NCBI GenBank assembly: GCA_965204755.1
Contig: OZ242011.1
Span: 2,164,975-2,228,974, forward strand
Source of the DNA: Candidatus Marinacidobacterium sp.
Lineage (GTDB): Bacteria > Acidobacteriota > Vicinamibacteria > Marinacidobacterales > Marinacidobacteraceae
Length of the DNA: 64,000 bases
Reading direction: 5' to 3'
The notes under the pieces were generated by a model. The model searched no databases. It worked only from the letters and a program-made list of their open reading frames with translations, and was not told the DNA's origin. Below are positions 19,118-26,436 of this stretch, one piece after another. The translations under genes and the position numbers were made by a program. Numbering within the stretch: position 1 is the first letter of the stretch; each line of letters starts with the position of its first letter.

Positions 19118-20275
19118 CTACCGGGGTCGGTCGGCCCGCAGCAGCGCCGGGATGTGGCCCGGCGAGCACACCGTCACGGTCCTTCCCCCGAAACGCCGGG
19201 CGTAGGGCTCTTCGACGAACGGGCAGCAGAGCAGGTCGGGGCCCTCCGGGTAGGCCTCGCGGAACGCGCGGATGCCGCCGGCGGAGAACGCGTCGGGTGA
19301 AATCTTCGTTTCCACCGCCGCCACGCGATCGCGTCCGCAGGGGATGACGAAGTCCACTTCGCGCCCGGCGCCGTCGCGCCAGTAGTGGAGGCGGCTCGCC
19401 GGCAACTCCGCCAGGAGTTCGTCGAGCGCCAGGTTCTCCCAGAGCGGGCCCCGGTCGGCGGGCCGCAGCCCGGTCCAGCCCCGGGCGTGGCAGACCAGCC
19501 CGGTGTCCAGGCCGTAGAGGCGCGGCCGCCGCCGCAGTTCCCGCCGCCCGCCGCCGTGGAACGGCGGCAGCCGAACCGTGATGCCGCAGAGGTCCAGGAG
19601 GTCGAGGTAGGCCACGGTTGTCGGCCGGCTGACGCCGGCGTCGCGAGCGAGCGAAGAGGCGTCCGGGAGGCCGCCGTTGTGGACGAGCGCCAGCGAGACG
19701 AGGCGGAGGAACCCGCCGCGGTTCCGGACCTCGAACAGCGCCTGGATGTCCCGGGCGAAGAAACCGTCCAGCCACTCCTCGAACCAGGCGGGGTCGGGCG
19801 CCGCGGCGAGCAACTGTTCCGGGAAGCCGCCGTGGAGCAGCCGCCGGTCGAGGTCCGCCGCCCCGAGCCAATCGGGACACTCCCGCCAGAGGATCGGGCG
19901 GAGGGGCACGGTCCACTTCCGCCCGGCGAGCGAGTCGCGGAACTTCCGGCCGGCGAAGAGCGAGGAAGAGCCGGTGGCGAGGAGGCGCGCTTCGGGGAAC
20001 TCGTCCGCGGCGATCTTGAGAAGCGAGGACGGGTCCTCCGCCCGGTGTACTTCGTCGAGGACCGCCCGACTCCCGGCCGGGAGCCCGCGGAGGAACGCCT
20101 CCGGGTCGGCGAGCCGGGCCTGCACCGCCGGCAGGTCGCAGTTGAAGTAGCCGCAGTCCTCGAGGCCCCGTCCGAGGACCGTCTTTCCGAGCCGCCGAGC
20201 CCCGGAGAGCCAGACGATGCTCCGCGTCCGCCAGGCGTCCTCGATCCGGTGACGCCAGAAAGGTCGCTCGATCAT
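19118..20275 (-). CDS. AAA+ ATPase of the AAA_14/DUF4143 type
   Basis: Walker A GARRLGKT, Walker B VLDEVH, and a C-terminal DUF4143-like region with a restriction-endonuclease-like fold signature (EVDFV). Confidence 0.8.
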   Translation of the reverse strand: MIERPFWRHRIEDAWRTRSIVWLSGARRLGKTVLGRGLEDCGYFNCDLPAVQARLADPEAFLRGLPAGSRAVLDEVHRAEDPSSLLKIAADEFPEARLLATGSSSLFAGRKFRDSLAGRKWTVPLRPILWRECPDWLGAADLDRRLLHGGFPEQLLAAAPDPAWFEEWLDGFFARDIQALFEVRNRGGFLRLVSLALVHNGGLPDASSLARDAGVSRPTTVAYLDLLDLCGITVRLPPFHGGGRRELRRRPRLYGLDTGLVCHARGWTGLRPADRGPLWENLALDELLAELPASRLHYWRDGAGREVDFVIPCGRDRVAAVETKISPDAFSAGGIRAFREAYPEGPDLLCCPFVEEPYARRFGGRTVTVCSPGHIPALLRADRPR

Positions 20276-20288
20276 GCGAAGTGGAAGT

Positions 20289-20323
20289 GTATTTTACATT
20301 TTACCGAGTAAAAAGTAAAACAT
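20289..20323 (-). promoter_or_regulatory. AT-rich operator/promoter-like inverted repeat upstream of the AAA+ ATPase
   Basis: GTATTTTACATTTTAC-cga-GTAAAAAGTAAAACAT: 13/16 inverted repeat built from four TTTTAC/GTAAAA hexamers, with TAAAAT on the minus strand. It lies in a ~55-nt AT-rich island within a ~75% GC context. Confidence 0.3.
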
Positions 20324-20374
20324 AACTTCGTTTCGGCAGCGCGGCGCCGCGGGTCGCGTAGCGGCGGCCGCCCG

Positions 20375-20887
20375 TCAGCCGGCGCCGTCCCCGCCCGCTG
20401 CGACCTCGAAGGTGACGCCGAAGCGCTCGGCGTAGTCCACGACCTGGGTGGGGTTCGGGTCCACATTCAGGATGAGGAAGGTGGCGCCGGGCGGGGAGAG
20501 GAGGTGGCGGTCGAGCGAGTGCCAGGTTCCGGTGTGATAGACGAACGGCGTTCCGGGCGCGATGAGGAAGGCGCGGACTTCCTCCGGCTTCGGGATCGCC
20601 CGCTCGTCGTCGGGATCCGTCGGCGGCGCGACGCAGACCGCGGAGGGAGGCCCCTCGAGCGGCACGAACCCCTGGGCCACGGCGAAGTGGCGCTCGAGCA
20701 GGGTGAACCGGCGGTCGTCGGCGTAGGGCTGCCAGATCACATCCAGCGTGGGGCGTCCGTCGATGGAGAAGGGCACCGGGAAGAAGAGGCGCTCGTCCGC
20801 CGGGCGCTCCGGCGCCAGGCCGAGGTGGCCGAACGGCGCGAACGCCTCGGCGGTCATCGGTTCGGCTTCGAGTTCGAGGATGCGCAT
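20375..20887 (-). CDS. Ureidoglycolate lyase-like protein (AllA family)
   Basis: 170 aa. EAFAPFG near the N-terminus, ERH..AQGFVPL, RAFL..G....YH.GTWH pattern as in AllA. Confidence 0.6.
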   Translation of the reverse strand: MRILELEAEPMTAEAFAPFGHLGLAPERPADERLFFPVPFSIDGRPTLDVIWQPYADDRRFTLLERHFAVAQGFVPLEGPPSAVCVAPPTDPDDERAIPKPEEVRAFLIAPGTPFVYHTGTWHSLDRHLLSPPGATFLILNVDPNPTQVVDYAERFGVTFEVAAGGDGAG

Positions 20888-20932
20888 CGCCGTTTCCTCC
20901 CGTCTTCGGGGCGCCGGCCCGCCGCCGCGGAC

Positions 20933-22345
20933 TCAGAACGGGCCGAGCGGAATCGCGTGCGCCACGACCAGTCCGACCGTGGCGAAGCCGAGTACATACC
21001 AGAACAGGGGCAGGTAGAACCGCAGCCAGACCCGCAGGCTGACCCGCCCGATCACCAGGGTGGCGAGGAAGTAGCCCGAGGTGGGGAAGACGATGTTGGT
21101 GATGCCGTCGCCCCAGTGCGTGGCGAGCACCACCACTTGCCGGGTGACCCCGATCAGGTCGCCTACCGGGACCAGGATGGGCAGGGTCAGCAGGCTCTGC
21201 CCCGACCCCGAGGGCACGAGGAAGTTGAACGCGGACTGGGCGTAGAGGATCCCGACGGCGGTCAACTCCTCCGGGAGCGCGGCGACGAGGGCCGCGAGGT
21301 GGAAGACCACGGTGTCCAGGATGCTCGCCTCCACCATCACCACCGAGACGCCCCGGGCCAAGCCGCAGATCAGCGCGCCGACCAGCATGTCCCGGAACGC
21401 CGAGTTGAAGTCGTCGCAGATCCGGTTGGCGCCCCGGCCGGCGACGACCGACGCGACGACCGCGGTCAGGACGAACAGCCCGCTGATCCCCTCGAAGCCG
21501 AGCCGCAGGACGACGAAGGCGGCCACCGACCCGAGGAAGAGGACGAGGGCGGCGACCGCGGCCCACGCCAGCCGGCGGGGCGCCGGCCGGGACTCGTCCG
21601 CCGCGTCCGGCCCGGCGGCCCGGCGGAGCGCGGCGTCTCCTTCCGGGTTCAGGGCGGTCTCCGGACGGGTGCGCACCCTCCGGGCATAGCGGAGCACGAA
21701 GACGGCGGCCATGGTCTGGACCGCCGCGAACGAGGCGGAGCGAAACCCCGCTCCGGAGAACATCGGCAGCCCGGCGAGGGCGTGCCCGATCCCGATGGTG
21801 GAAGGCGCGGTAACCCCGAACGCGTAGCCCAGCGAGGTCGGGACCAGGGCGACCGCGGTGGCGGTCACCGTGTCGTAGCCGAGCCGCAGCAGCAGCGGCA
21901 GGACGACCGGGAGGTAGGCGATCGCCAGTTCGGGAGTCCCCACCAGCGCGGCGACCGCGGAGAAAGCGGCCATGAGCACCGGGATGAGCAACTCCGACCG
22001 GCCCCCCAGCCGGCGGGTCAGCGCCCGGATGCCCAGGTCGAGGATCCCCGCCCGGTGGACCACCCCGACGGAACCGCCGACGAGGAGCACCAGGAAGACG
22101 ATGCTCGAGGCCTCCCGCAGCCCCTTCGGGACGGCGGTGACCAGTTCGAGGAAGCCGGCCGGGGAGGACTCGACCACCCGGTACGAGCCGGGGATCACCA
22201 CTTCCCGCCCGTCGGGGAGGACGGCGCGCTCGAACGAGCCCGCCGGGACGATCCAGGTGAGGCCCGCCGCCAGGACGATGAAGCCGAGCAGGATCAGGTA
22301 GATGTCCGGCCGGGCCGCGGCCCGGCGGGCGCCGCCGGCGGTCAG
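20933..22345 (-). CDS. YfcC/DcuC-superfamily anion transporter
   Basis: Polytopic, with the C-terminal SAFNFLVPSGSGQSLLTLPILVPVGDLIGVTRQ typical of YfcC. The frame stays open and YfcC-like (PDIYLILLGFIVLAAGLTWIVPAGSFE) upstream of the first canonical start (GTG 22201). The 5' end is provisionally set at CTG 22345. Confidence 0.7.
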   Translation of the reverse strand: MTAGGARRAAARPDIYLILLGFIVLAAGLTWIVPAGSFERAVLPDGREVVIPGSYRVVESSPAGFLELVTAVPKGLREASSIVFLVLLVGGSVGVVHRAGILDLGIRALTRRLGGRSELLIPVLMAAFSAVAALVGTPELAIAYLPVVLPLLLRLGYDTVTATAVALVPTSLGYAFGVTAPSTIGIGHALAGLPMFSGAGFRSASFAAVQTMAAVFVLRYARRVRTRPETALNPEGDAALRRAAGPDAADESRPAPRRLAWAAVAALVLFLGSVAAFVVLRLGFEGISGLFVLTAVVASVVAGRGANRICDDFNSAFRDMLVGALICGLARGVSVVMVEASILDTVVFHLAALVAALPEELTAVGILYAQSAFNFLVPSGSGQSLLTLPILVPVGDLIGVTRQVVVLATHWGDGITNIVFPTSGYFLATLVIGRVSLRVWLRFYLPLFWYVLGFATVGLVVAHAIPLGPF

Positions 22346-22528
22346 TTGGGGGTCCGTGTCCTTCGCTGTCGAGGATACCGGGGAGGGACGGCTCGGCGGT
22401 TCGCCGCCGGGGGCGGGGAAGCGCCGGGCCCGGAGACCGGATGAGACGCCGGAAACGGACGCGTCGCGCTAAACTCGAAGGGAAAGGGCTGTCGCCTCTA
22501 CGGTCGCGCGGATGCGCTGAGGGGTGCC

Positions 22529-22568
22529 TGGAAACCCAAAAGGAAGGCGCCCGGCCTCGTGCCGGGCG
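22529..22568 (-). terminator. Intrinsic-terminator-like hairpin plus U-rich tract in the leader of the YfcC-type transporter
   Basis: Minus strand: CGCCCGGC-ACGAG-GCCGGGCG (8-bp stem) followed by CCUUCCUUUUGGGUUUCC. No ORF lies upstream on this strand. Confidence 0.45.
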
Positions 22569-22655
22569 ACGGGTCTGAGCGATGCCCGTCGGCAGCCCCG
22601 CGGGACTACCAGGCGCAGTCCCACCGCCGCCTCCCGCGAGGACGGCCTGGAGCGC

Positions 22656-22709
22656 TCGGCCACAACCGGTTGTGGCCGACGGCCCTTGACACCACAAGAT
22701 GTTGTGGTG
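22656..22709. promoter_or_regulatory. Two tandem palindromes sharing the core CCACAA-N4-TTGTGG
   Basis: TCGGCCACAACCGGTTGTGGCCGA (22656-22679, perfect 24-mer) and CACCACAAGATGTTGTGGTG (22690-22709). Centres are 32 bp apart and a TTGACA sits between them. Confidence 0.4.
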
Positions 22710-22716
22710 CGCGGCA

Positions 22717-22746
22717 TTGACCGGCTTCGCGCGCCGGTGCTAATCT
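22717..22746 (+). promoter_or_regulatory. Sigma70-like promoter candidate for the MBL-fold gene
   Basis: TTGACC (22717-22722), 18-nt spacer, TAATCT (22741-22746), about 100 nt upstream of the start. Confidence 0.35.
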
Positions 22747-22848
22747 CGCCGGCTTCGGGCGGCCGGGGCGGCGTCCGTTTCCCCGGCGGCCGGCGGTCCG
22801 AGAGCGGCGCCCGGGGCGGCTCTCCGGCGCCGGTTCCGCCCGATCCCG

Positions 22849-23742
22849 TTGTCCCCAGCCATCCACCTCCGCGCCCTCGGCTCCGGGAGTTCGGGCAACG
22901 CCGCGCTGGTCACCGGCGGCGGCTCGTCGCTGCTGGTGGAGGCCGGGTTCTCCTGCCGCGAACTGGAGCGCCGGCTGGCGCGCGCCGGCTGCGAGCCGGG
23001 GTCGCTGGACGCGGTGCTCGTCTCCCACGAACACGGCGACCACTCCCGCGGCGCGTTCCGCTTCGCCGCGCGCCACGACCGGCCGCTGTTCGCCACCGAC
23101 GGCACCTGGGAGCGCCTGCTCCGGTCGGCGGGGAACGGCGCTTCCGCGAACGGTGAGGGTCTGCCCCCGCCTCGGCGGGGCCGGCTCCGCGCCGGGCTGC
23201 CGGCCCCGGTCGGCGCGTTCACCGTCGTCCCCTTCGCCATCCCCCACGACGCCCGCGAGCCGGTCGGCTTCCGGCTGGAGGCGGGTCCGGAGGCGGTGGT
23301 CCTGGTCACCGACTTCGGCCACATCTCGCCGGAGATGGAGCGAGCCATCGAGGGCGCCTCCGTGCTGCTCATCGAGTCGAACTACGACGAGCGGATGCTC
23401 TACGACAGCCGCTACCCGTTCCCGCTCCGGGAGCGGATCGCCTCCCGTTTCGGCCACTGCTCGAACGGCGCGCTCGCGCTCTACCTGCGGCGGCGGCTGC
23501 CCCGTTCCGTTACGACCCTCCTCCTCGCCCACCTCTCGGAGAACACGAACACCCCGGCCCTGGCGCTCGCCGCCGCCGAGGACGCGCTCCGCGCCGCCGG
23601 CCGCCCGGAGGTGGAAGTGCGGGTGGCCGCCCGCCGAGACCTCTCCGACCCGGTGAGCACCCCGCTGCGCCCCGTGATGCCGCCGCTTCCCCCCCGTTAC
23701 CCGCTCCCGGGCGGCGCGCCGTCGCTGTTCCCGGCCGGCTGA
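22849..23742 (+). CDS. MBL-fold metallo-hydrolase (YycJ/WalJ-like)
   Basis: HEHGDH (HxHxDH) motif, LGSGSSGNA N-terminus, later HLS...N. GTG start. Confidence 0.8.
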   Translation: MSPAIHLRALGSGSSGNAALVTGGGSSLLVEAGFSCRELERRLARAGCEPGSLDAVLVSHEHGDHSRGAFRFAARHDRPLFATDGTWERLLRSAGNGASANGEGLPPPRRGRLRAGLPAPVGAFTVVPFAIPHDAREPVGFRLEAGPEAVVLVTDFGHISPEMERAIEGASVLLIESNYDERMLYDSRYPFPLRERIASRFGHCSNGALALYLRRRLPRSVTTLLLAHLSENTNTPALALAAAEDALRAAGRPEVEVRVAARRDLSDPVSTPLRPVMPPLPPRYPLPGGAPSLFPAG

Positions 23743-23746
23743 CCGG

Positions 23747-23792
23747 CAGCCCGTGGAGAAAGTCCGGGGAGCGCCCGTCAGCGCGGAGCGCC
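23747..23792 (+). repeat. 46-nt intergenic element, copy A (upstream of purB)
   Basis: CAGCCCGTGGAGAAAGTCCGGGGAGCGCCCGTCAGCGCGGAGCGCC. It shares an identical 19-mer, GTGGAGAAAGTCCGGGGAG, and most flanking bases with 48959-49004. Confidence 0.85.
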
Positions 23793-23809
23793 CTCCCTGC
23801 GGGCGGTAG

Positions 23810-25120
23810 ATGCTCACCGACCGGTATGTCCGCCCCGAGATGGGGGCGCTCTGGACCGACGAGGCGCTGTTCTCCTCCTGGATGGAGGTCGAAGTGGCCG
23901 CCGCCGAGGCGATGGCGGCGGAGGGGATCGTCCCGGAAACCGCCGCCGCCCGGATTCGGGAACGGGCCGGCTTCGACCTCGAGCGCATCCGGGAGATCGA
24001 GGCGGTCGTCCACCACGATGTCGTGGCCTTCACCCAGGCGATGGCGGAGCGGGTCGGCGAAGAGGGCCGCTACCTCCACTACGGGCTCACCAGTTCCGAT
24101 GTGGTGGACACCGCGCTCGCGGTCCGGCTGACCCGGGCGGCGGACCTGGTGCTCCGGCGGGTGGAGGGCCTGCGCGAAGTCCTCCTCCGCCGCGCCGAAG
24201 AGCACCGGCGGACGGTGATGGTGGGGCGCACCCACGGCGTCCACGCCGAGCCCATGACCTTCGGCATGAAGATGCTCCTGTGGTGGGCGGAGATGGGCCG
24301 GAACCGGCGGCGGCTGCGCGCGGCCCGGAGCGCGGCGGCGGTCGGGAAACTGAGCGGCGCGGTGGGCACCTTCGCCCACCTGCCGCCGTCGGTGGAAGCC
24401 CGGGTGTGCGCGGCGCTGGGGCTGGCGCCGGCGCCGATCTCGACCCAGGTCGTCCAGCGCGACCGCCACGCCGAACTCGCCGCCGCGCTCGCCATCACCG
24501 CCGGCACGCTGGAGAAGATCGCCACCGAAGTCCGCAACCTCCAGCGCACCGAGATCCGGGAGGTCGAGGAGCCCTTCGGGCGGGGCCAGAAGGGCTCTTC
24601 GGCGATGCCCCACAAGCGGAACCCGGTGGGCTGCGAGCAGGTCTGCGGCCTCGCCCGGGTGATCCGCGCCAATGTGGTTCCGGCGATCGAGAACATCGCG
24701 CTGTGGAACGAGCGGGACATCTCGCATTCGTCGGCGGAGCGGATGACGATCCCGCAGAGTTTCCTGCTGCTCGACCACATCCTGCTGCGGACGACCGCGA
24801 TCGTAGACGGGCTGCTGGTGTATCCCGAAGCGATGCGCGCGAACCTGGAGCGCATGAACGGGCTGGTGTTCAGCGGCGGCGCGCTGCTCGAACTGGCCGC
24901 CCGGGGGGTGTCCCGGGAGGAGGCCTACCGGATGGTGCAGTCCTGCGCGATGCGGGTCTGGGAGCGGGGGACGCCGCTGCGGGAGGAGATGGGGCGGCGC
25001 GCGGGGATCACCGCGGTGCTCGGCGAGGCGGAACTGGACGCGGTCTTCGACCTCGACACCCATCTCCGCCGGGTGGACGAGGTGTACGAGCGCGTCCTCG
25101 GGGAGGAGGAGTCCCCGTGA
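23810..25120 (+). CDS. purB: Adenylosuccinate lyase
   Basis: YGLTSSDVVDTA and the signature GSSAMPHKRNP. 436 aa. Confidence 0.95.
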   Translation: MLTDRYVRPEMGALWTDEALFSSWMEVEVAAAEAMAAEGIVPETAAARIRERAGFDLERIREIEAVVHHDVVAFTQAMAERVGEEGRYLHYGLTSSDVVDTALAVRLTRAADLVLRRVEGLREVLLRRAEEHRRTVMVGRTHGVHAEPMTFGMKMLLWWAEMGRNRRRLRAARSAAAVGKLSGAVGTFAHLPPSVEARVCAALGLAPAPISTQVVQRDRHAELAAALAITAGTLEKIATEVRNLQRTEIREVEEPFGRGQKGSSAMPHKRNPVGCEQVCGLARVIRANVVPAIENIALWNERDISHSSAERMTIPQSFLLLDHILLRTTAIVDGLLVYPEAMRANLERMNGLVFSGGALLELAARGVSREEAYRMVQSCAMRVWERGTPLREEMGRRAGITAVLGEAELDAVFDLDTHLRRVDEVYERVLGEEESP

Positions 25121-25386
25121 AGTACCGGGTCCGGGTGGAAGTGCGGCTCCGGCCCTCGATCTACGACCCGCAGGGCGAAGCGATCCGCCGGGCGCTGGCC
25201 GCCGGCGGCGCCTCCGGGGTGACTTCGGTGCGGCAGGGGAAACTCTTCGAACTCGAACTCGAGGCCGACTCCGCCGCCGCCGCCGAAGAGCAGGCCGCCG
25301 ACCTCGCCCGCCGGGTCCTCGCCAACCCGGTGCTCGAGGACTGCGCGGTTTCGTCGCCTACGATGCATCAGGTCCCCACCGCCTGA
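25117..25386 (+). CDS. purS: Phosphoribosylformylglycinamidine synthase subunit PurS
   Basis: GTG 25117 overlaps the purB stop (GTGA). VKYRVRVEVRLRPSIYDPQGEAIRRAL...ANPVLEDC is PurS-like. 89 aa. Confidence 0.85.
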   Translation: MKYRVRVEVRLRPSIYDPQGEAIRRALAAGGASGVTSVRQGKLFELELEADSAAAAEEQAADLARRVLANPVLEDCAVSSPTMHQVPTA

Positions 25387-25467
25387 CCGGTCGATTCTCC
25401 CCGGTGATCGCCGTTCCTGCCAAGAGGTTCCTTCATGCCTCGAAGGACGAGGTTGGCGGGGGGACTC
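25359..25467 (+). repeat. Structured ~110-nt element, copy 1 (spans the purS stop codon)
   Basis: Shares three conserved blocks with copy 2. Terminal arms GTCCCCACCGCC / GGCGGGGGGAC can pair (11 bp plus one bulge). Two internal hairpins are present. Confidence 0.85.
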
Positions 25468-25544
25468 GCGGAGCGATTCCCGCCGCCGGCCCCCGGGCAG
25501 CGGCCCGCGGGGAACCGACGGGCGGGGGCCCTTCCGCGGGCGGG

Positions 25545-25661
25545 TACGATGCGGCAGGTCCCCACCGCCTGACCGGTTTGGATTTTTGCCGGTGATCGCC
25601 GTTCCTGCAGTGAGGTTTTCTTCCTACTTGGTCTCCAAGGACGAGGTTGGCGGGGGGACTC
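25545..25661 (+). repeat. Structured ~110-nt element, copy 2 (65 nt upstream of purQ)
   Basis: Same blocks as copy 1: 28/30, 20/20 and 25/25 identical. The differences fall in the hairpin loops and in one stem that changes on both sides. Confidence 0.85.
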
Positions 25662-25725
25662 CTTCGCGCTTCGCCGGCCGGCGCCGCTCTCGCCGGGCGC
25701 CGCGCCGCCGGCTCGCCGGCAACCG

Positions 25726-26436
25726 ATGAAGCCGCGCCGGATCGCGGTCCCGGTGTTCCCGGGCACCAACTGCGAGGAGGATGTGCTCCACGCGCTGCGG
25801 ACCGTGACGCCCCACCGGGCGGAACTCGTCTGGCACCGGGAGGGCTCGCTCGCCGGGTTCGACGCCGCGGTCGTGCCCGGCGGTTTCGCCCACGGCGACT
25901 ACCTGCGCGCCGGCGGGCTGGCCCGGTTCTCCCCGGTGACGGCCGCGCTCTCGGAGATGGCCGGGGCCGGGAGGCCGGTGCTGGGCATCTGCAACGGGTT
26001 CCAGATCCTCCAGGAGGCGGGGCTCCTGCCGGGAGCGATGCTGAAGAACCGCTCGCTCACCTATGTCTGCCGGGAGGTGTTCGTCCGGGTCGAGACGAGG
26101 GAGACCCCGCTGACCGCCGCCCTCGAAGTCGGCGAAGTGCTGCGGCTGCCGATCGGGCACGCCGAAGGGAACTTCCACCTGGACGACCGCGGGATCGCCG
26201 AACTCGAGGCCGAAGGACAAGTGGTGTTCCGCTACTGCCGGTCGGACGGGGCGCCCGACGAAGCGGCGGCGGAAGTGAATCCCAACGGCTCCCGGAACGC
26301 CGTCGCCGGCGTCCGGAACCGGGCCGGGAATGTGGCGGCGCTGATGCCCCACCCGGACCGGGCCTACGAAGCGGCGCTCGGCGGCGAGGACGGCGTCCGG
26401 GTGTTCGCCGGCCTGACCCGGTGGCTGGAGTCCTGA
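25726..26436 (+). CDS. purQ: Phosphoribosylformylglycinamidine synthase, glutamine amidotransferase subunit
   Basis: [12 protein letters not shown], nucleophile elbow [15 protein letters not shown]. Confidence 0.95.
   Translation: MKPRRIAVPVFPGTNCEEDVLHALRTVTPHRAELVWHREGSLAGFDAAVVPGGFAHGDYLRAGGLARFSPVTAALSEMAGAGRPVLGICNGFQILQEAGLLPGAMLKNRSLTYVCREVFVRVETRETPLTAALEVGEVLRLPIGHAEGNFHLDDRGIAELEAEGQVVFRYCRSDGAPDEAAAEVNPNGSRNAVAGVRNRAGNVAALMPHPDRAYEAALGGEDGVRVFAGLTRWLES

Noticed and set aside
22470-22660. Cobalamin, TPP, ykkC or SRP RNA identity for the transporter leader region
   Set aside because: Fragments such as GGGGUGCC, AAAAGGAAGG, GCAGCCCCGC and CUGAGC appear on the + strand, but the B12 box, the TPP ACCUGA/CUGAGA pair and the SRP GGAA/AGCAGC motif are absent. 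The + strand orientation also points at an MBL hydrolase, an implausible target.
23753-23771. RNase P RNA, suggested by GAGAAAGTCCGGGG
   Set aside because: It is a short match to the P4 strand only. It is present twice, in 5' regions of protein genes, and none of the other RNase P conserved regions is nearby.
25359-25661. Assigning the purS-purQ repeat to the ZTP, glutamine (glnA) or PRPP riboswitch classes
   Set aside because: Only loose resemblances were found: UUGGCGG/CCGCCUGA against the ZTP pseudoknot, and CGUUC...GAAGGACG against glnA RNA. The conserved cores as I remember them (GACUGGCG...ACCGGGGAGC...CCGCCUGGGC; GGAAGUAGG) are not present. This needs a covariance-model search.
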